A stretch of 60,828 bases of DNA from a virus (taxonomy: Duplodnaviria; Caudoviricetes): the IMG/VR virus record IMGVR_UViG_3300031707_002291, positions 1-60,828 of that record; one strand, 5' to 3'. Shown here piece by piece: positions 38,847 to 47,103 of the stretch (the first letter of the stretch is position 1; each line of letters opens with the position of its first letter). A program made the position numbers and the translations under genes. The notes beneath the pieces were generated by a model. That model was given only the letters and a program-made list of their open reading frames with translations, made no database searches and was not told the origin of the DNA.

Positions 38847-39027
38847 GACGCGGTCCACGGATAGACAGATCGTGGCCGGCCTGGAGGCCGAGTGCCGAAC
38901 CCATTGGGCGCTTCTACACCAGTGGCGCCAGCGCTACCGCCAAGGCGGCGAGGAATGGTGCCGGAAGGCTGCGATCGATACCTGGTACACGCTCCGGCTT
39001 CTACTTAGCCTCCGGCGGGGCGGTTGA
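38828..39027 (+). CDS. Hypothetical protein
   Basis: Short ORF between sbcD and sbcC; start approximate. Confidence 0.45.
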
Positions 39028-39052
39028 CTAGACTAGCCGAGACGGCTAGTGT
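39024..39052 (+). promoter_or_regulatory. Sigma70 promoter with perfect operator
   Basis: TTGACT-17-TAGTGT; TAGCCG-AGA-CGGCTA at 39034-39048. Confidence 0.72.
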
Positions 39053-39061
39053 GGAGGCGCC

Positions 39062-40843
39062 ATGATACCTATACGCATCGCCGCTACGAACTTCCTAAGC
39101 TACGGCCAGGTCGATGTCGACCTGCGGGGCCTCTCGATGGTAGCCCTTGCCGGCGACAACGGCGCCGGTAAGTCGGCCCTGGCCGTCGACGCCCTAACGT
39201 GGGCGCTGTGGGGCGAGAGCCGGGCCCGCTCGGACGACGACCTGGTCCGCGCCGGCGCGGATGAATGCCAGGTAGCGATAGACGTCCAGGCCGAGCGGGG
39301 CTGCTACCGGATAACGCGCCGGCGCCGGCTGGCCGGTAGCGGCCGGGCCGGCACCAGCGGCTTGACGGTCGAGCTGCTGAATCTGGCCGGCGCCCCCGCT
39401 ACTAAGCTGACGGCCGAGACCATCAAAGAGACCCAGGAGCGCATCGACGCCATCCTAGGGCTCGACGGCAAGACCTTCATCAACACCGCTTGCCTGGTAC
39501 AGGGCCGCGCCGACGAATTCGCGCGCGCCGGCCCCAAGGACCGTAAGGACCTGCTAACCGAGATCCTCGGCGTCCGGTCCTGGCAGGTCTGGGCCGTGCG
39601 CGCCCACGAGGCGCGCCGCGACGCCACGGCGTCGGCAGAGGCCGAGGCTGCCGCCGGCGCGGCTATGCGCCAGGTCCTGGCCGGCTCCAGCGACCTAAAG
39701 ACACGGCTAGCCGACTTCGAGAGCAAGGCCAAGGTGGAGGCCGATACCGTCGGCTATAAGGAACGGGCCGTCGCAGATGCCCAGGGGCTGGCGCAGGCCC
39801 AAGCCGCGACGCTTACTACCCGTAACCAGCTCAAGGCTGACCTGGGCCACGTGGAGGCCCAGAAGCGCCAATCGCGGTTTAACGTGGAAACCCTCACCAG
39901 GCAGGTGCAGGCGATCGATGTGCCGCCGGCGGGCGTCTCGCCGCGGACCTGCCCGACCTGCGGCCAGGAGATAGCCGACCAGGGCGCCGCCGCGCGCCTG
40001 GAGGAATGGGCCGCGCGGCAGAGGGCGCTGCGGGCGGAGCTGGCGGAGCGCCTGGTCAAGGCCCAGGCCGCGATGGACGTGGCCGTTGTCGAGGTCGGCG
40101 CCGTGCGAGAGCGTCTTACCGCGATCGAGATCGAGATCGAGGGCGTCGGCGACATGGGCCACGTGCTGAAGGTCGCCGAGGATGGGCTAGACGGGGCGCG
40201 CCGGGCCCTATCCTACTACCAGACCGAGGCCGCCACAATAAGGGGCCGCCTTGACCAGCTACGGGCGCTGGAGGGCGATCTGGAGGCTACAGAGGAGCGC
40301 CAGGCGAGGGCGGCCGCGCGGGCGGAAGACCTGGGCGCGGTCGAGGCCGCCCTAGGGCCGAATGGCATCCAGGCCATGCTAATCGACGCCGCTATCCCCG
40401 AGATCGTGGACGAGGCCAACCGTTTGCTAGACATCCTGACCGGCGGCACGACGACCATTGATCTGAGGACACAGCGCGCCGGTAAGACGACCGGCCGCGA
40501 CATCGAAACACTAGACCTACTGATCAGCGACGCCCTGGGCATCCGCCCTTACGAGCTCTACTCCGGCGGCGAGCGCTTCCGGGTCGACTTCGCAACACGG
40601 ATCGCATTATCCCGACTGCTGGCCAGGAGGGCTTCGGCGCCATGCAGGACGCTAGTGATAGACGAGGGTTTCGGGAGCCAGGATGGCCACGGCCGCGAGG
40701 CGCTGATGGAGTGCCTTTCGATGATACGGGCCGAGTTCGGCCTGATTCTGGTGATCAGTCACGTGGACGATTTGAGGGAAGCACTTCCGAGCACGATCCT
40801 GGTCGAGAAAGGACCCAATGGTTCGCGGGCCAGCCTACACTGA
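39062..40843 (+). CDS. sbcC: SbcC/Rad50-like ATPase (short coiled coil)
   Basis: NFLSY, GDNGAGKS, CPTCGQ zinc hook, YSGGE, IDEGFGSQD, ISH. Confidence 0.93.
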   Translation: MIPIRIAATNFLSYGQVDVDLRGLSMVALAGDNGAGKSALAVDALTWALWGESRARSDDDLVRAGADECQVAIDVQAERGCYRITRRRRLAGSGRAGTSGLTVELLNLAGAPATKLTAETIKETQERIDAILGLDGKTFINTACLVQGRADEFARAGPKDRKDLLTEILGVRSWQVWAVRAHEARRDATASAEAEAAAGAAMRQVLAGSSDLKTRLADFESKAKVEADTVGYKERAVADAQGLAQAQAATLTTRNQLKADLGHVEAQKRQSRFNVETLTRQVQAIDVPPAGVSPRTCPTCGQEIADQGAAARLEEWAARQRALRAELAERLVKAQAAMDVAVVEVGAVRERLTAIEIEIEGVGDMGHVLKVAEDGLDGARRALSYYQTEAATIRGRLDQLRALEGDLEATEERQARAAARAEDLGAVEAALGPNGIQAMLIDAAIPEIVDEANRLLDILTGGTTTIDLRTQRAGKTTGRDIETLDLLISDALGIRPYELYSGGERFRVDFATRIALSRLLARRASAPCRTLVIDEGFGSQDGHGREALMECLSMIRAEFGLILVISHVDDLREALPSTILVEKGPNGSRASLH

Positions 40844-41024
40844 CCGGCCCCACAACCGCCACTCAGGGCGGGCTGCCTGGGGCAAAGCCACGCGGAATCG
40901 GAAGCATCGGCGCGGCTTTCGGCGATGGACTGGCTGGACGGTTCGGCAGCGGCCGCTTTGGGCCAACTAGCGATCCTCGAACGGAGGCCAGCATGCAGAC
41001 AGGGACGAGGTTCTGAGATGGCGG

Positions 41025-41594
41025 TTGCTCGGGGCGACACTGCTAGCCACGATCGTCCTGGGCGCTGGAACTGCATGCGGAGGCGCCTATCGTCAAATTG
41101 AACCACCGCCGGTGGCCTCAGCCACCAGCAACCCACCGGCTTTGGTTACGGCCGGCGCCCGGATGTGCCCAGGTCCACGCCCCGCCAACAACAGGACGTG
41201 GGGTACTCCGGCGCCGGCCCCTACAATTCATGCCATGGCGGCCCCTACGCTGGCAAAGGCGGCGCCGCCGACGGGGACTGCTCAGCCCCCCGTCGGCGGC
41301 CCGCCTACTATTCGCGACGCTTTCCTGGCCGGCTATGCCGCCGCCGGCGGCCCTCCCGAGCTGGCCCTGCATTTTGTGGACGTCGTAATCCCCTGCGAAG
41401 ACCCCCGCTGGGATCTGGACCCGGTCGGCCACCACGCCGGCCTAACCCAATTCGCGCCGGAGACGTGGGCTAAGGCCGCCCGCCCTGGCGCCGACTACCG
41501 CGACCCCTGGGAGCAGGGCTACGCCGTCGGCACGTGGATTGGGCCGATGGGCGTCGACCCCGCCGGCTCCGGCGGCTGGGCGGCCTGTTGGTGA
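41025..41594 (+). CDS. Rpf-like lytic transglycosylase with possible lipoprotein signal
   Basis: Hydrophobic N-terminus ending GTAC; Pro/Ala linker; CE...GLTQF..ETW...EQ...W..C core; start 41025 or 41013. Confidence 0.65.
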   Translation: MLGATLLATIVLGAGTACGGAYRQIEPPPVASATSNPPALVTAGARMCPGPRPANNRTWGTPAPAPTIHAMAAPTLAKAAPPTGTAQPPVGGPPTIRDAFLAGYAAAGGPPELALHFVDVVIPCEDPRWDLDPVGHHAGLTQFAPETWAKAARPGADYRDPWEQGYAVGTWIGPMGVDPAGSGGWAACW

Positions 41595-41781
41595 AGCGCC
41601 CACGTTGCCCGTAGGGCCGTTTGATGGGGCCGGCCCGTAGTGGGCGGCGACCCCCGCCCTTTACCCTATGCCTTGCCCTGCCACGGGCCAGCGCGAGGCC
41701 GTCAGGCGGTGGTCCTGCCTCGATAATTCCGCCACTTAGGCGATCTCCGCGAATGTCACCCGATCGTCACCCTTTGGATGG

Positions 41782-41810
41782 TTGCCCGGACTAGCCGTAG
41801 CGGCTATACT
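41782..41810 (+). promoter_or_regulatory. Sigma70 promoter with perfect operator
   Basis: TTGCCC-17-TATACT; TAGCCG-TAG-CGGCTA at 41792-41806. Confidence 0.75.
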
Positions 41811-41846
41811 GCCGATACATAGAGTAGAAGGACAGAGGGGCGAATC

Positions 41847-41939
41847 ATGAAGACACAATGCAGATGCAGCAACCCGATCATCATCAAGATCATGGGTGCC
41901 GAGAGTTGCACGAAGTGCAAGGGGCTGATAGTTCGATAG
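41847..41939 (+). CDS. 30-aa Cys-motif peptide (not in ORF track)
   Basis: MKTQCRCSNPIIIKIMGAESCTKCKGLIVR; SD GAGGGG. Confidence 0.5.
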   Translation: MKTQCRCSNPIIIKIMGAESCTKCKGLIVR

Positions 41940-41948
41940 GGGCTGGCC

Positions 41949-42161
41949 ATGCAGACATTCACCACGGTCAAGATCGGCGGCGAGGAGTGGGTCATGGTCA
42001 AGCGGGCGCCGCGCGAGGAGTTCCGCGAGGCGACAGCGAAAGCCATGGAGAACGCTGGGATCGTGGCCCGGCTAACGGTCCGCCGGTACAGCGGGCGCCT
42101 GCTCTACCACGTCAACGAATACGCCGACGGCGGCCTCGGGCCGCCGCGCCGCGCCATGTAG
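41949..42161 (+). CDS. Hypothetical protein
   Basis: 70 aa. Confidence 0.6.
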   Translation: MQTFTTVKIGGEEWVMVKRAPREEFREATAKAMENAGIVARLTVRRYSGRLLYHVNEYADGGLGPPRRAM

Positions 42162-42266
42162 GAGGCTACGGCCTCCGGCCCTGGGCCGGCGAAAGAAACC
42201 TAGTACCAGCTACGGCTGCGAACGGGCCTCCAGTACCCGACCCAGGGCCGGCGGTCGACAACCGCC
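42161..42266 (+). ncRNA. Candidate structured RNA: long hairpin with two loop-E motifs
   Basis: 14/15-bp stem 42175-42189/42237-42251; two AGUA/GAA internal loops; CAGC-UACG-GCUG cap; flanking hairpins. Confidence 0.55.
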
Positions 42267-42279
42267 GAAGGAGGTAGAT

Positions 42280-42480
42280 GTGGAACAAAACCAGTACGAC
42301 CGGATCGACAACGGCCTAGCGCGTGCCGCCAGTGGCATAGCGGCGGTACTCACCGCCGGCCGTCGGGGGCGCGTCCAGATGGCAAAGGGCGAGGCGGATG
42401 CGCTACGGATCGCCCGCCGCCACCTTGACATAGCGATTGAGGCGGTACGGCCGTACGATCCCAGCGCTAAACCGGCCTAG
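42280..42480 (+). CDS. Hypothetical protein
   Basis: SD AAGGAGGT. Confidence 0.6.
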   Translation: MEQNQYDRIDNGLARAASGIAAVLTAGRRGRVQMAKGEADALRIARRHLDIAIEAVRPYDPSAKPA

Positions 42481-42550
42481 TGGGGCTTCCTGCCCCCTAG
42501 CGCGCCGACCCTCTTGGGCCGGCGGGCACATGAGGCAGGAGGTAAGTGCG

Positions 42551-42907
42551 ATGGCGCACGAATTGGAGATCAAGAAGGACGGCAAGGCCAGCATGTTCTA
42601 TGTAGACTGGCAGGCCCCATGGCACGGCCTGGGGGTGTCGGTAGCGGAGGCGCCGAACGGCGCCGAAGCGCGGAAGCTGGCAGGGACCGATTGGGAGGTC
42701 GCTATGCGGCCGATCCACACCGAAGCCGGCGAGGTAATCGACGGATACAAAGCGGTGACGCGGCTGACCGACAACAAGGTCTTCGCGGTTACGAGCAACC
42801 GCTGGACCCCCTTCCAGAACGAGCAGATCGGCGACTTCGTGGACGACCTGGTCGTGGCCGGCAGGCTCAAGAGGGAGACGGCCGGCGGAGGCGAGGGCCG
42901 GATATGA
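42551..42907 (+). pseudogene. Truncated DUF932-like protein (N-terminal part only)
   Basis: MAHE...PWHGLG...A..LAG.DWEV...R..D....V..RW.PFQN...ETAG then stop at 118 aa; the family is normally much longer. Confidence 0.7.
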
Positions 42908-42920
42908 CGACCCCGAATTA

Positions 42921-42972
42921 CTAGCCGGTATCCTACTGGCCGGGAGTACCTAGCCAGTATGTTACCGGCTAG
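42921..42972. repeat. Long imperfect inverted repeat before the 42991 ORF
   Basis: CTAGCCGGTA...TACTGGC..GG-AGTA-CCTAGCCAGTA...TACCGGCTAG. Confidence 0.7.
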
Positions 42973-42990
42973 GGAAGGAGGACCGCCACC

Positions 42991-43281
42991 ATGAAAAGCG
43001 CAAGGATCATCCTACGCTGTGTTGTGGGGCTAATCGGTACGGTTCACGCGGCCGCCGTCGCCCTACAGGAGGACCACGAAGCCGAATATCAGCAGGCGCG
43101 CCGGGACTTCGACGCCGTCTGTGCCGAGAGCGACTATCTACTGGCGGAAGCCGACGGGGCTGCGGCCGACGCCGCCTCATGGCTTGGCCTACGGCGAGCG
43201 GAAGGCCCCGCGAGAGTGAGCAATCACCAGTTCCTCAGCTCTCCCCCATCTGCCATGACCCGTAGGCTAGGCCACCAGTAA
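42991..43281 (+). CDS. Hypothetical protein
   Basis: SD AAGGAGG. Confidence 0.6.
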   Translation: MKSARIILRCVVGLIGTVHAAAVALQEDHEAEYQQARRDFDAVCAESDYLLAEADGAAADAASWLGLRRAEGPARVSNHQFLSSPPSAMTRRLGHQ

Positions 43282-43296
43282 CAGCGGTATCGGAGT

Positions 43297-43325
43297 TTGA
43301 CGAGGCTAGCCGTACCGGCTAGTAT
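43297..43325 (+). promoter_or_regulatory. Sigma70 promoter with perfect operator
   Basis: TTGACG-17-TAGTAT; TAGCCG-TAC-CGGCTA at 43307-43321. Confidence 0.75.
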
Positions 43326-43334
43326 GGAGGGGCC

Positions 43335-43826
43335 ATGAGCAACGGAACCAAGGTACCAAGGGGGCAGGCCGCCGCCGCTGGCTACAAGGTCATGGCGGCG
43401 ATCGGGCCGTACGTCCGGCGGGCCGAGATCTGCGGCTCCATCCGCCGGGGAGTCGAGTTAGTCCACGACTGCGACATCGTCGCCGTGGCCTACCACGACG
43501 AGGCCGCCGCGGCCGCGATGGAAGCCCTGGCCGGCATGGGCGAGATCATCCGCGCCGGCAAGAAGCTGACAAGCGCCCGCGTCGAGGGCGTCCAGGTGGA
43601 CCTATGGCTGGTCCCTAACGAGTCCTGGGGCGCGGCCCTGATGTTCGCTACCGGAAGCCCGCACCTTAACATCCGCCAGCGCCAGATGGCGCGCCGGCGC
43701 GGAATGGTCCTGAATCGGTACGGGCTCTACCGCGATGGCGACCCCGTCGCCGGCGAGACCGAGCAAGAGGTCTACGAGGCGCTCGGCATGGCCTACCTGG
43801 AGCCGGCGGAGAGGAGTTGGGACTGA
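43335..43826 (+). CDS. polX: Minimal X-family DNA polymerase (palm and thumb only)
   Basis: GSIRRG...DCDIV; VDL; GAALMFATGS..LN..R; LN.YGL; EQEVYEALG..Y.EP.ER. Confidence 0.88.
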   Translation: MSNGTKVPRGQAAAAGYKVMAAIGPYVRRAEICGSIRRGVELVHDCDIVAVAYHDEAAAAAMEALAGMGEIIRAGKKLTSARVEGVQVDLWLVPNESWGAALMFATGSPHLNIRQRQMARRRGMVLNRYGLYRDGDPVAGETEQEVYEALGMAYLEPAERSWD

Positions 43827-44071
43827 TGGCGAGTCTGCTGTTACCTCGAGCGCAGACCTGCCGGCACTGCCGTGGCCCCATTCGATTCGAGAGGGGCCGC
43901 GGCTACGTCCACGCCAACGGCGGCGGCTCGTATGAGATGTCTTGCCCCGGCTGCGGCTGGGTAGGCACCCCGTACCCGTCGCCGACGCGGTGCCCAAGCT
44001 GCGGGAGCACGGAGGTCCGCGACGACCACATAGCCGAGCCGGACCACAGCCGACAAGATTGGGGGTCCTGA
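43826..44071 (+). CDS. Zinc-ribbon protein
   Basis: CRHC...H, CPGC, CPSC. Confidence 0.6.
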   Translation: MASLLLPRAQTCRHCRGPIRFERGRGYVHANGGGSYEMSCPGCGWVGTPYPSPTRCPSCGSTEVRDDHIAEPDHSRQDWGS

Positions 44072-44219
44072 TGGACAAGCCAGAGTGTGAGCTAATCGGC
44101 GGCGACGGCAATGTCTTCGCCATCATGGGCGCCGTCAGGCGGGCGAAGGAAGGATGGGTAACAATATACTTGACTCAGCACGCCGTAGCTGCGATGCTGA
44201 GTCTGGCGCGGGGTGGCGT

Positions 44220-45125
44220 ATGACAGGAAGTTACGTCGCCCGCGCGCTAAGGTCGGCATTCCCGTTCTCACTTCCGCTTGCTGAGCGCCTTGTGATGGCG
44301 ATGCAGATAGATGGCTATTTCGACGAAAGCGGAACCCACCATGGTTCCGAAGGCATCGTTGCAGCCGGATACCTAGCTGGGCCGCAACGCTGGGAGCAGT
44401 TCGAGGGCAAATGGAACGAGGCGCTGGCTGATTTTGGCGTCGAATCCTTCCACATGGCCGACTTCGTTGCGAGGCAGCCGCCTTTTGATACCGAGGACTG
44501 GCGAGGTCGAAGCGGCGAGGCTCGATTTCGGAGGCTTGCGCAGATAGTGAATGAGGCCGCCGAATGGGGCGTCGGCATCGCCGTTCCCCGTGCGGGCCTA
44601 GATGCGTTTGTTGGGCCTGATCTCAGGAAGCAGTCGACCTACGCCTATGCTTTGGCCACTGTCTTCTGCACACTGGATGTGGGCCTCATCTTGCGGGCGA
44701 ATTATCCAGACGGCCGCTTGGCATTGTTCTTTGACGCTGGGGCTCCCGGAGAAGGGCTTGCTGAAGGTAGACTTCGCCGTGCACTGAAAAGTCCCGTCGG
44801 TCAGGCCGCTGTCCCATTAGATAGCATCGACTTTGTGGATAGGCACCGCTTCGTTCCACTACAGGCTGCCGACATTTTGGTGCATTCTCTCTATAGGCGG
44901 TTCTGCCAGCGACGAACGTATATGGACATCCTCGAAGCACCTCTCTATTGGTCAGTCCTAGACGAGGATGAAGTTGCCGCGTGCTCGACCTTGTTCAATC
45001 TTTGGTCGATTTCCTACGGCAAGCCAGCTCGTCCCAGGAAGCGCCCGCCGCCACCGCCGCTGCCGGAGAGGCTACGACCGCATGGCGTTATCATCGACTA
45101 CCGCAGCTTCAAGCAAGAGAACTGA
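44220..45125 (+). CDS. DUF3800-family protein (RNase H-like), IS passenger
   Basis: YFDESG, FHM.D, FFD.G, PLQAADI motifs; lies inside the TIRs. Confidence 0.8.
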   Translation: MTGSYVARALRSAFPFSLPLAERLVMAMQIDGYFDESGTHHGSEGIVAAGYLAGPQRWEQFEGKWNEALADFGVESFHMADFVARQPPFDTEDWRGRSGEARFRRLAQIVNEAAEWGVGIAVPRAGLDAFVGPDLRKQSTYAYALATVFCTLDVGLILRANYPDGRLALFFDAGAPGEGLAEGRLRRALKSPVGQAAVPLDSIDFVDRHRFVPLQAADILVHSLYRRFCQRRTYMDILEAPLYWSVLDEDEVAACSTLFNLWSISYGKPARPRKRPPPPPLPERLRPHGVIIDYRSFKQEN

Positions 45126-45128
45126 GGA

Positions 45129-45254
45129 CTACTGCTGTGGCTTATCGCGTCGCTTGGCCAGCCGGTCCTTCGGGACGTTCACTATCTTCTTGGCCAACCG
45201 CTCGAATCTCTGGAAGGCCGTCTCCGTCTTCGGTTGCTGGCTGTCTTTCGCCAT
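45129..45254 (-). CDS. 41-aa ORF downstream of the IS1595 transposase
   Basis: MAKDSQQPKTETAFQRFERLAKKIVNVPKDRLAKRRDKPQQ; purine-rich SD upstream. Confidence 0.5.
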   Translation of the reverse strand: MAKDSQQPKTETAFQRFERLAKKIVNVPKDRLAKRRDKPQQ

Positions 45255-45271
45255 GCTTCAACCTTCCCGCC

Positions 45272-46228
45272 TTACGCTTGCGTCGTGGTGGCTCCAATCA
45301 ACTGGCTGTAGGTCAGCCGCTTGCCAACAACAGCCCTAGAGACGCTGCGGAAGCGCTCACCATCGTTGCCTCTGCGACTGTTGAAGCGGAAGACTTCTTC
45401 GTCGAGATAACGGAACAGGTGGAACGGCTCGACATTGACGTACGTGCCCCTGATGGCCCGCTTCAAGAGACTCCAGAAGTTTTCGAGGCCGTTGGTGTGC
45501 ACCTGGCCCCTGACATAGGTCTCGGCGTGGTCAATGACCTCATGGGCGTATTCGTACTTGACCATCCGGTAAGACGGGTGCTCGTCAGTGAAGACCTGAA
45601 CGCCAGCCCTAACGTGGCGCTTGATTTCGGGAAGCAGCACCCGACGGCGGTTGTTGGGAACCACCTTCGCCCGAACCAGGCTATAGCCGTCCGGCCCGTG
45701 ACGTTCGAGCAGCCCGAATACGACGGTCTTTCCGGCTGGCCCCGTGGACTTGATCTTCCGCTGTCGCTTTTCCTTGTGCATGTTCGCGGACTTGCCGCCG
45801 ATGAAGGTTTCATCGGCCTCAACCGGCCCGTTGATCATGCCGAAGCCGTCCGACTGCATGGCGAGCCGGATACGGTGAAGCATGAACCAAGCGGTCTTCT
45901 GAGTCACACCGAGAGCCCGATGCACTTCATAGGAGCTAACACCGTTCTTGTCATTGGCGATCATCCAGATGGCCGCGAGCCACTTGTCGAGCCCGATGGG
46001 GCTGTCCTCGAAGATGGTGCCGACCTTGATGGAGAATTGCCGCTTGGGGTGCTCGGCCTTGCACTCCCAAATGCGCCGCGTCGAGATGAACCGGACATCG
46101 GTGCGCCCGCATGTCGGGCAGGTGGCTTCGCCGTTCGGCCAGCGAAGGCGTGCCATGAAGTCCAAGCACACGTCGGGGTCAGAGAAGTACCGGATGGCTT
46201 CGAGGAAGGTCTGCGGTTCGGTGTTCAT
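45272..46228 (-). CDS. IS1595-family (ISXO2-like) transposase
   Basis: RWP.G..CPTC zinc ribbon; VEADETFIGG; FTDE; VHTNGLENFWS.LKR; YLDE..FRFN. Confidence 0.95.
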   Translation of the reverse strand: MNTEPQTFLEAIRYFSDPDVCLDFMARLRWPNGEATCPTCGRTDVRFISTRRIWECKAEHPKRQFSIKVGTIFEDSPIGLDKWLAAIWMIANDKNGVSSYEVHRALGVTQKTAWFMLHRIRLAMQSDGFGMINGPVEADETFIGGKSANMHKEKRQRKIKSTGPAGKTVVFGLLERHGPDGYSLVRAKVVPNNRRRVLLPEIKRHVRAGVQVFTDEHPSYRMVKYEYAHEVIDHAETYVRGQVHTNGLENFWSLLKRAIRGTYVNVEPFHLFRYLDEEVFRFNSRRGNDGERFRSVSRAVVGKRLTYSQLIGATTTQA

Positions 46229-46308
46229 ACTCTTGGCTCCTAGCTACACCAAGAGCGTAGCACAGACTGGCTACTGTGTCAAGTATATTATTGCCGAAGG
46301 ATGAGAAG

Positions 46309-46491
46309 ATGCTCTGGACGAAGATCTCCCTTATCGTGCTTGCCCTGAGCCTGTGGGCAGAGTGCGGCCTCCGGCTCGCTGGCAATCATGTCGAACCGAA
46401 CAATGTCATCATGACGATGATCGCGGGATTCGGACTGCTCTGGGGTGGTTGGCCCAGAGGGCCGGCAGGCCATGACGAGCCGAAAGGGTGA
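46309..46491 (+). CDS. Small membrane protein
   Basis: Two hydrophobic segments; starts just beyond the right TSD. Confidence 0.5.
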   Translation: MLWTKISLIVLALSLWAECGLRLAGNHVEPNNVIMTMIAGFGLLWGGWPRGPAGHDEPKG

Positions 46492-46784
46492 GGGGATGGA
46501 GGCACCGGCATAGGTGGGCGCCGGCCAGCCCCATCAGTCCGACGTGGGACGGCAACAACGCGGTGGCTCGGCGGCTGGCGGCGGACCCGAAGCTAGCCCA
46601 CTACGCCTGCGACTGCGGCGCGGTCGGGACCGTGCGTCTGACGACGCGCCGCCTATACTTCGCCGTCAGCCGGCCCGCCGCCGACGGCGGACGGAGGGTC
46701 TGGACCAGTCTACGTCGGCTGGCCAGCCGAAAAAGAACCGCTAACGCGCCTATACTAGCGGACGGAGTCTTGACACGCGGCTAG
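46488..46784 (+). CDS. Hypothetical protein
   Basis: HRHRW...CDCG; coupled start. Confidence 0.5.
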   Translation: MRGWRHRHRWAPASPISPTWDGNNAVARRLAADPKLAHYACDCGAVGTVRLTTRRLYFAVSRPAADGGRRVWTSLRRLASRKRTANAPILADGVLTRG

Positions 46785-46799
46785 CCGTAGCGTTAGGAT
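46770..46799 (+). promoter_or_regulatory. Sigma70 promoter of the XRE/HldE operon with degenerate operator
   Basis: TTGACA-18-TAGGAT; TAGCCG-TAG-CGTTAG. Confidence 0.7.
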
Positions 46800-46818
46800 C
46801 GCCGACGGAGGCTAACCG

Positions 46819-47103
46819 ATGGAGACCGAGAACGTACCGACCAGCCTGCGGCCCCGCCCGCCAATACCGCGCGCAACGCCGGCGATGCTCCGGGCCTTCC
46901 GCTCGGAGTTTGGTCTAACCCAAGCCGACCTGGTCCGTGACCTGGGCGTCACAGGACAGGCCGTCAGCCGGTGGGAGCGCAACGCGCAGAACATCCGGCA
47001 CCCCCAAATGCTCTACCTGGCGCTTCAGCGCCTGCGCTGCATGTATCACCGGCGCGCCAGGCAGGCCCGACTGTCGAAGGTGGCGCCTAGGGCGGCCGCG
47101 TGA
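46819..47103 (+). CDS. XRE-family HTH regulator
   Basis: LRAFR...GLTQADL...LGVTGQAVSRWE. Confidence 0.88.
   Translation: METENVPTSLRPRPPIPRATPAMLRAFRSEFGLTQADLVRDLGVTGQAVSRWERNAQNIRHPQMLYLALQRLRCMYHRRARQARLSKVAPRAAA

Larger units (their letters stand above)
44157..46295. mobile_element. IS1595-family element with passenger genes (2139 bp)
   Basis: TIRs GGTAACAATATACTTGAC (44157-44174) and GTCAAGTATATTATTGCC (46278-46295), 16/18 match; perfect 8-bp TSD GAAGGATG at 44149-44156 and 46296-46303. Confidence 0.92.

Noticed and set aside
44981-46243. 420-aa + strand ORF
   Set aside because: Antisense shadow of the IS1595 transposase; no motifs of its own
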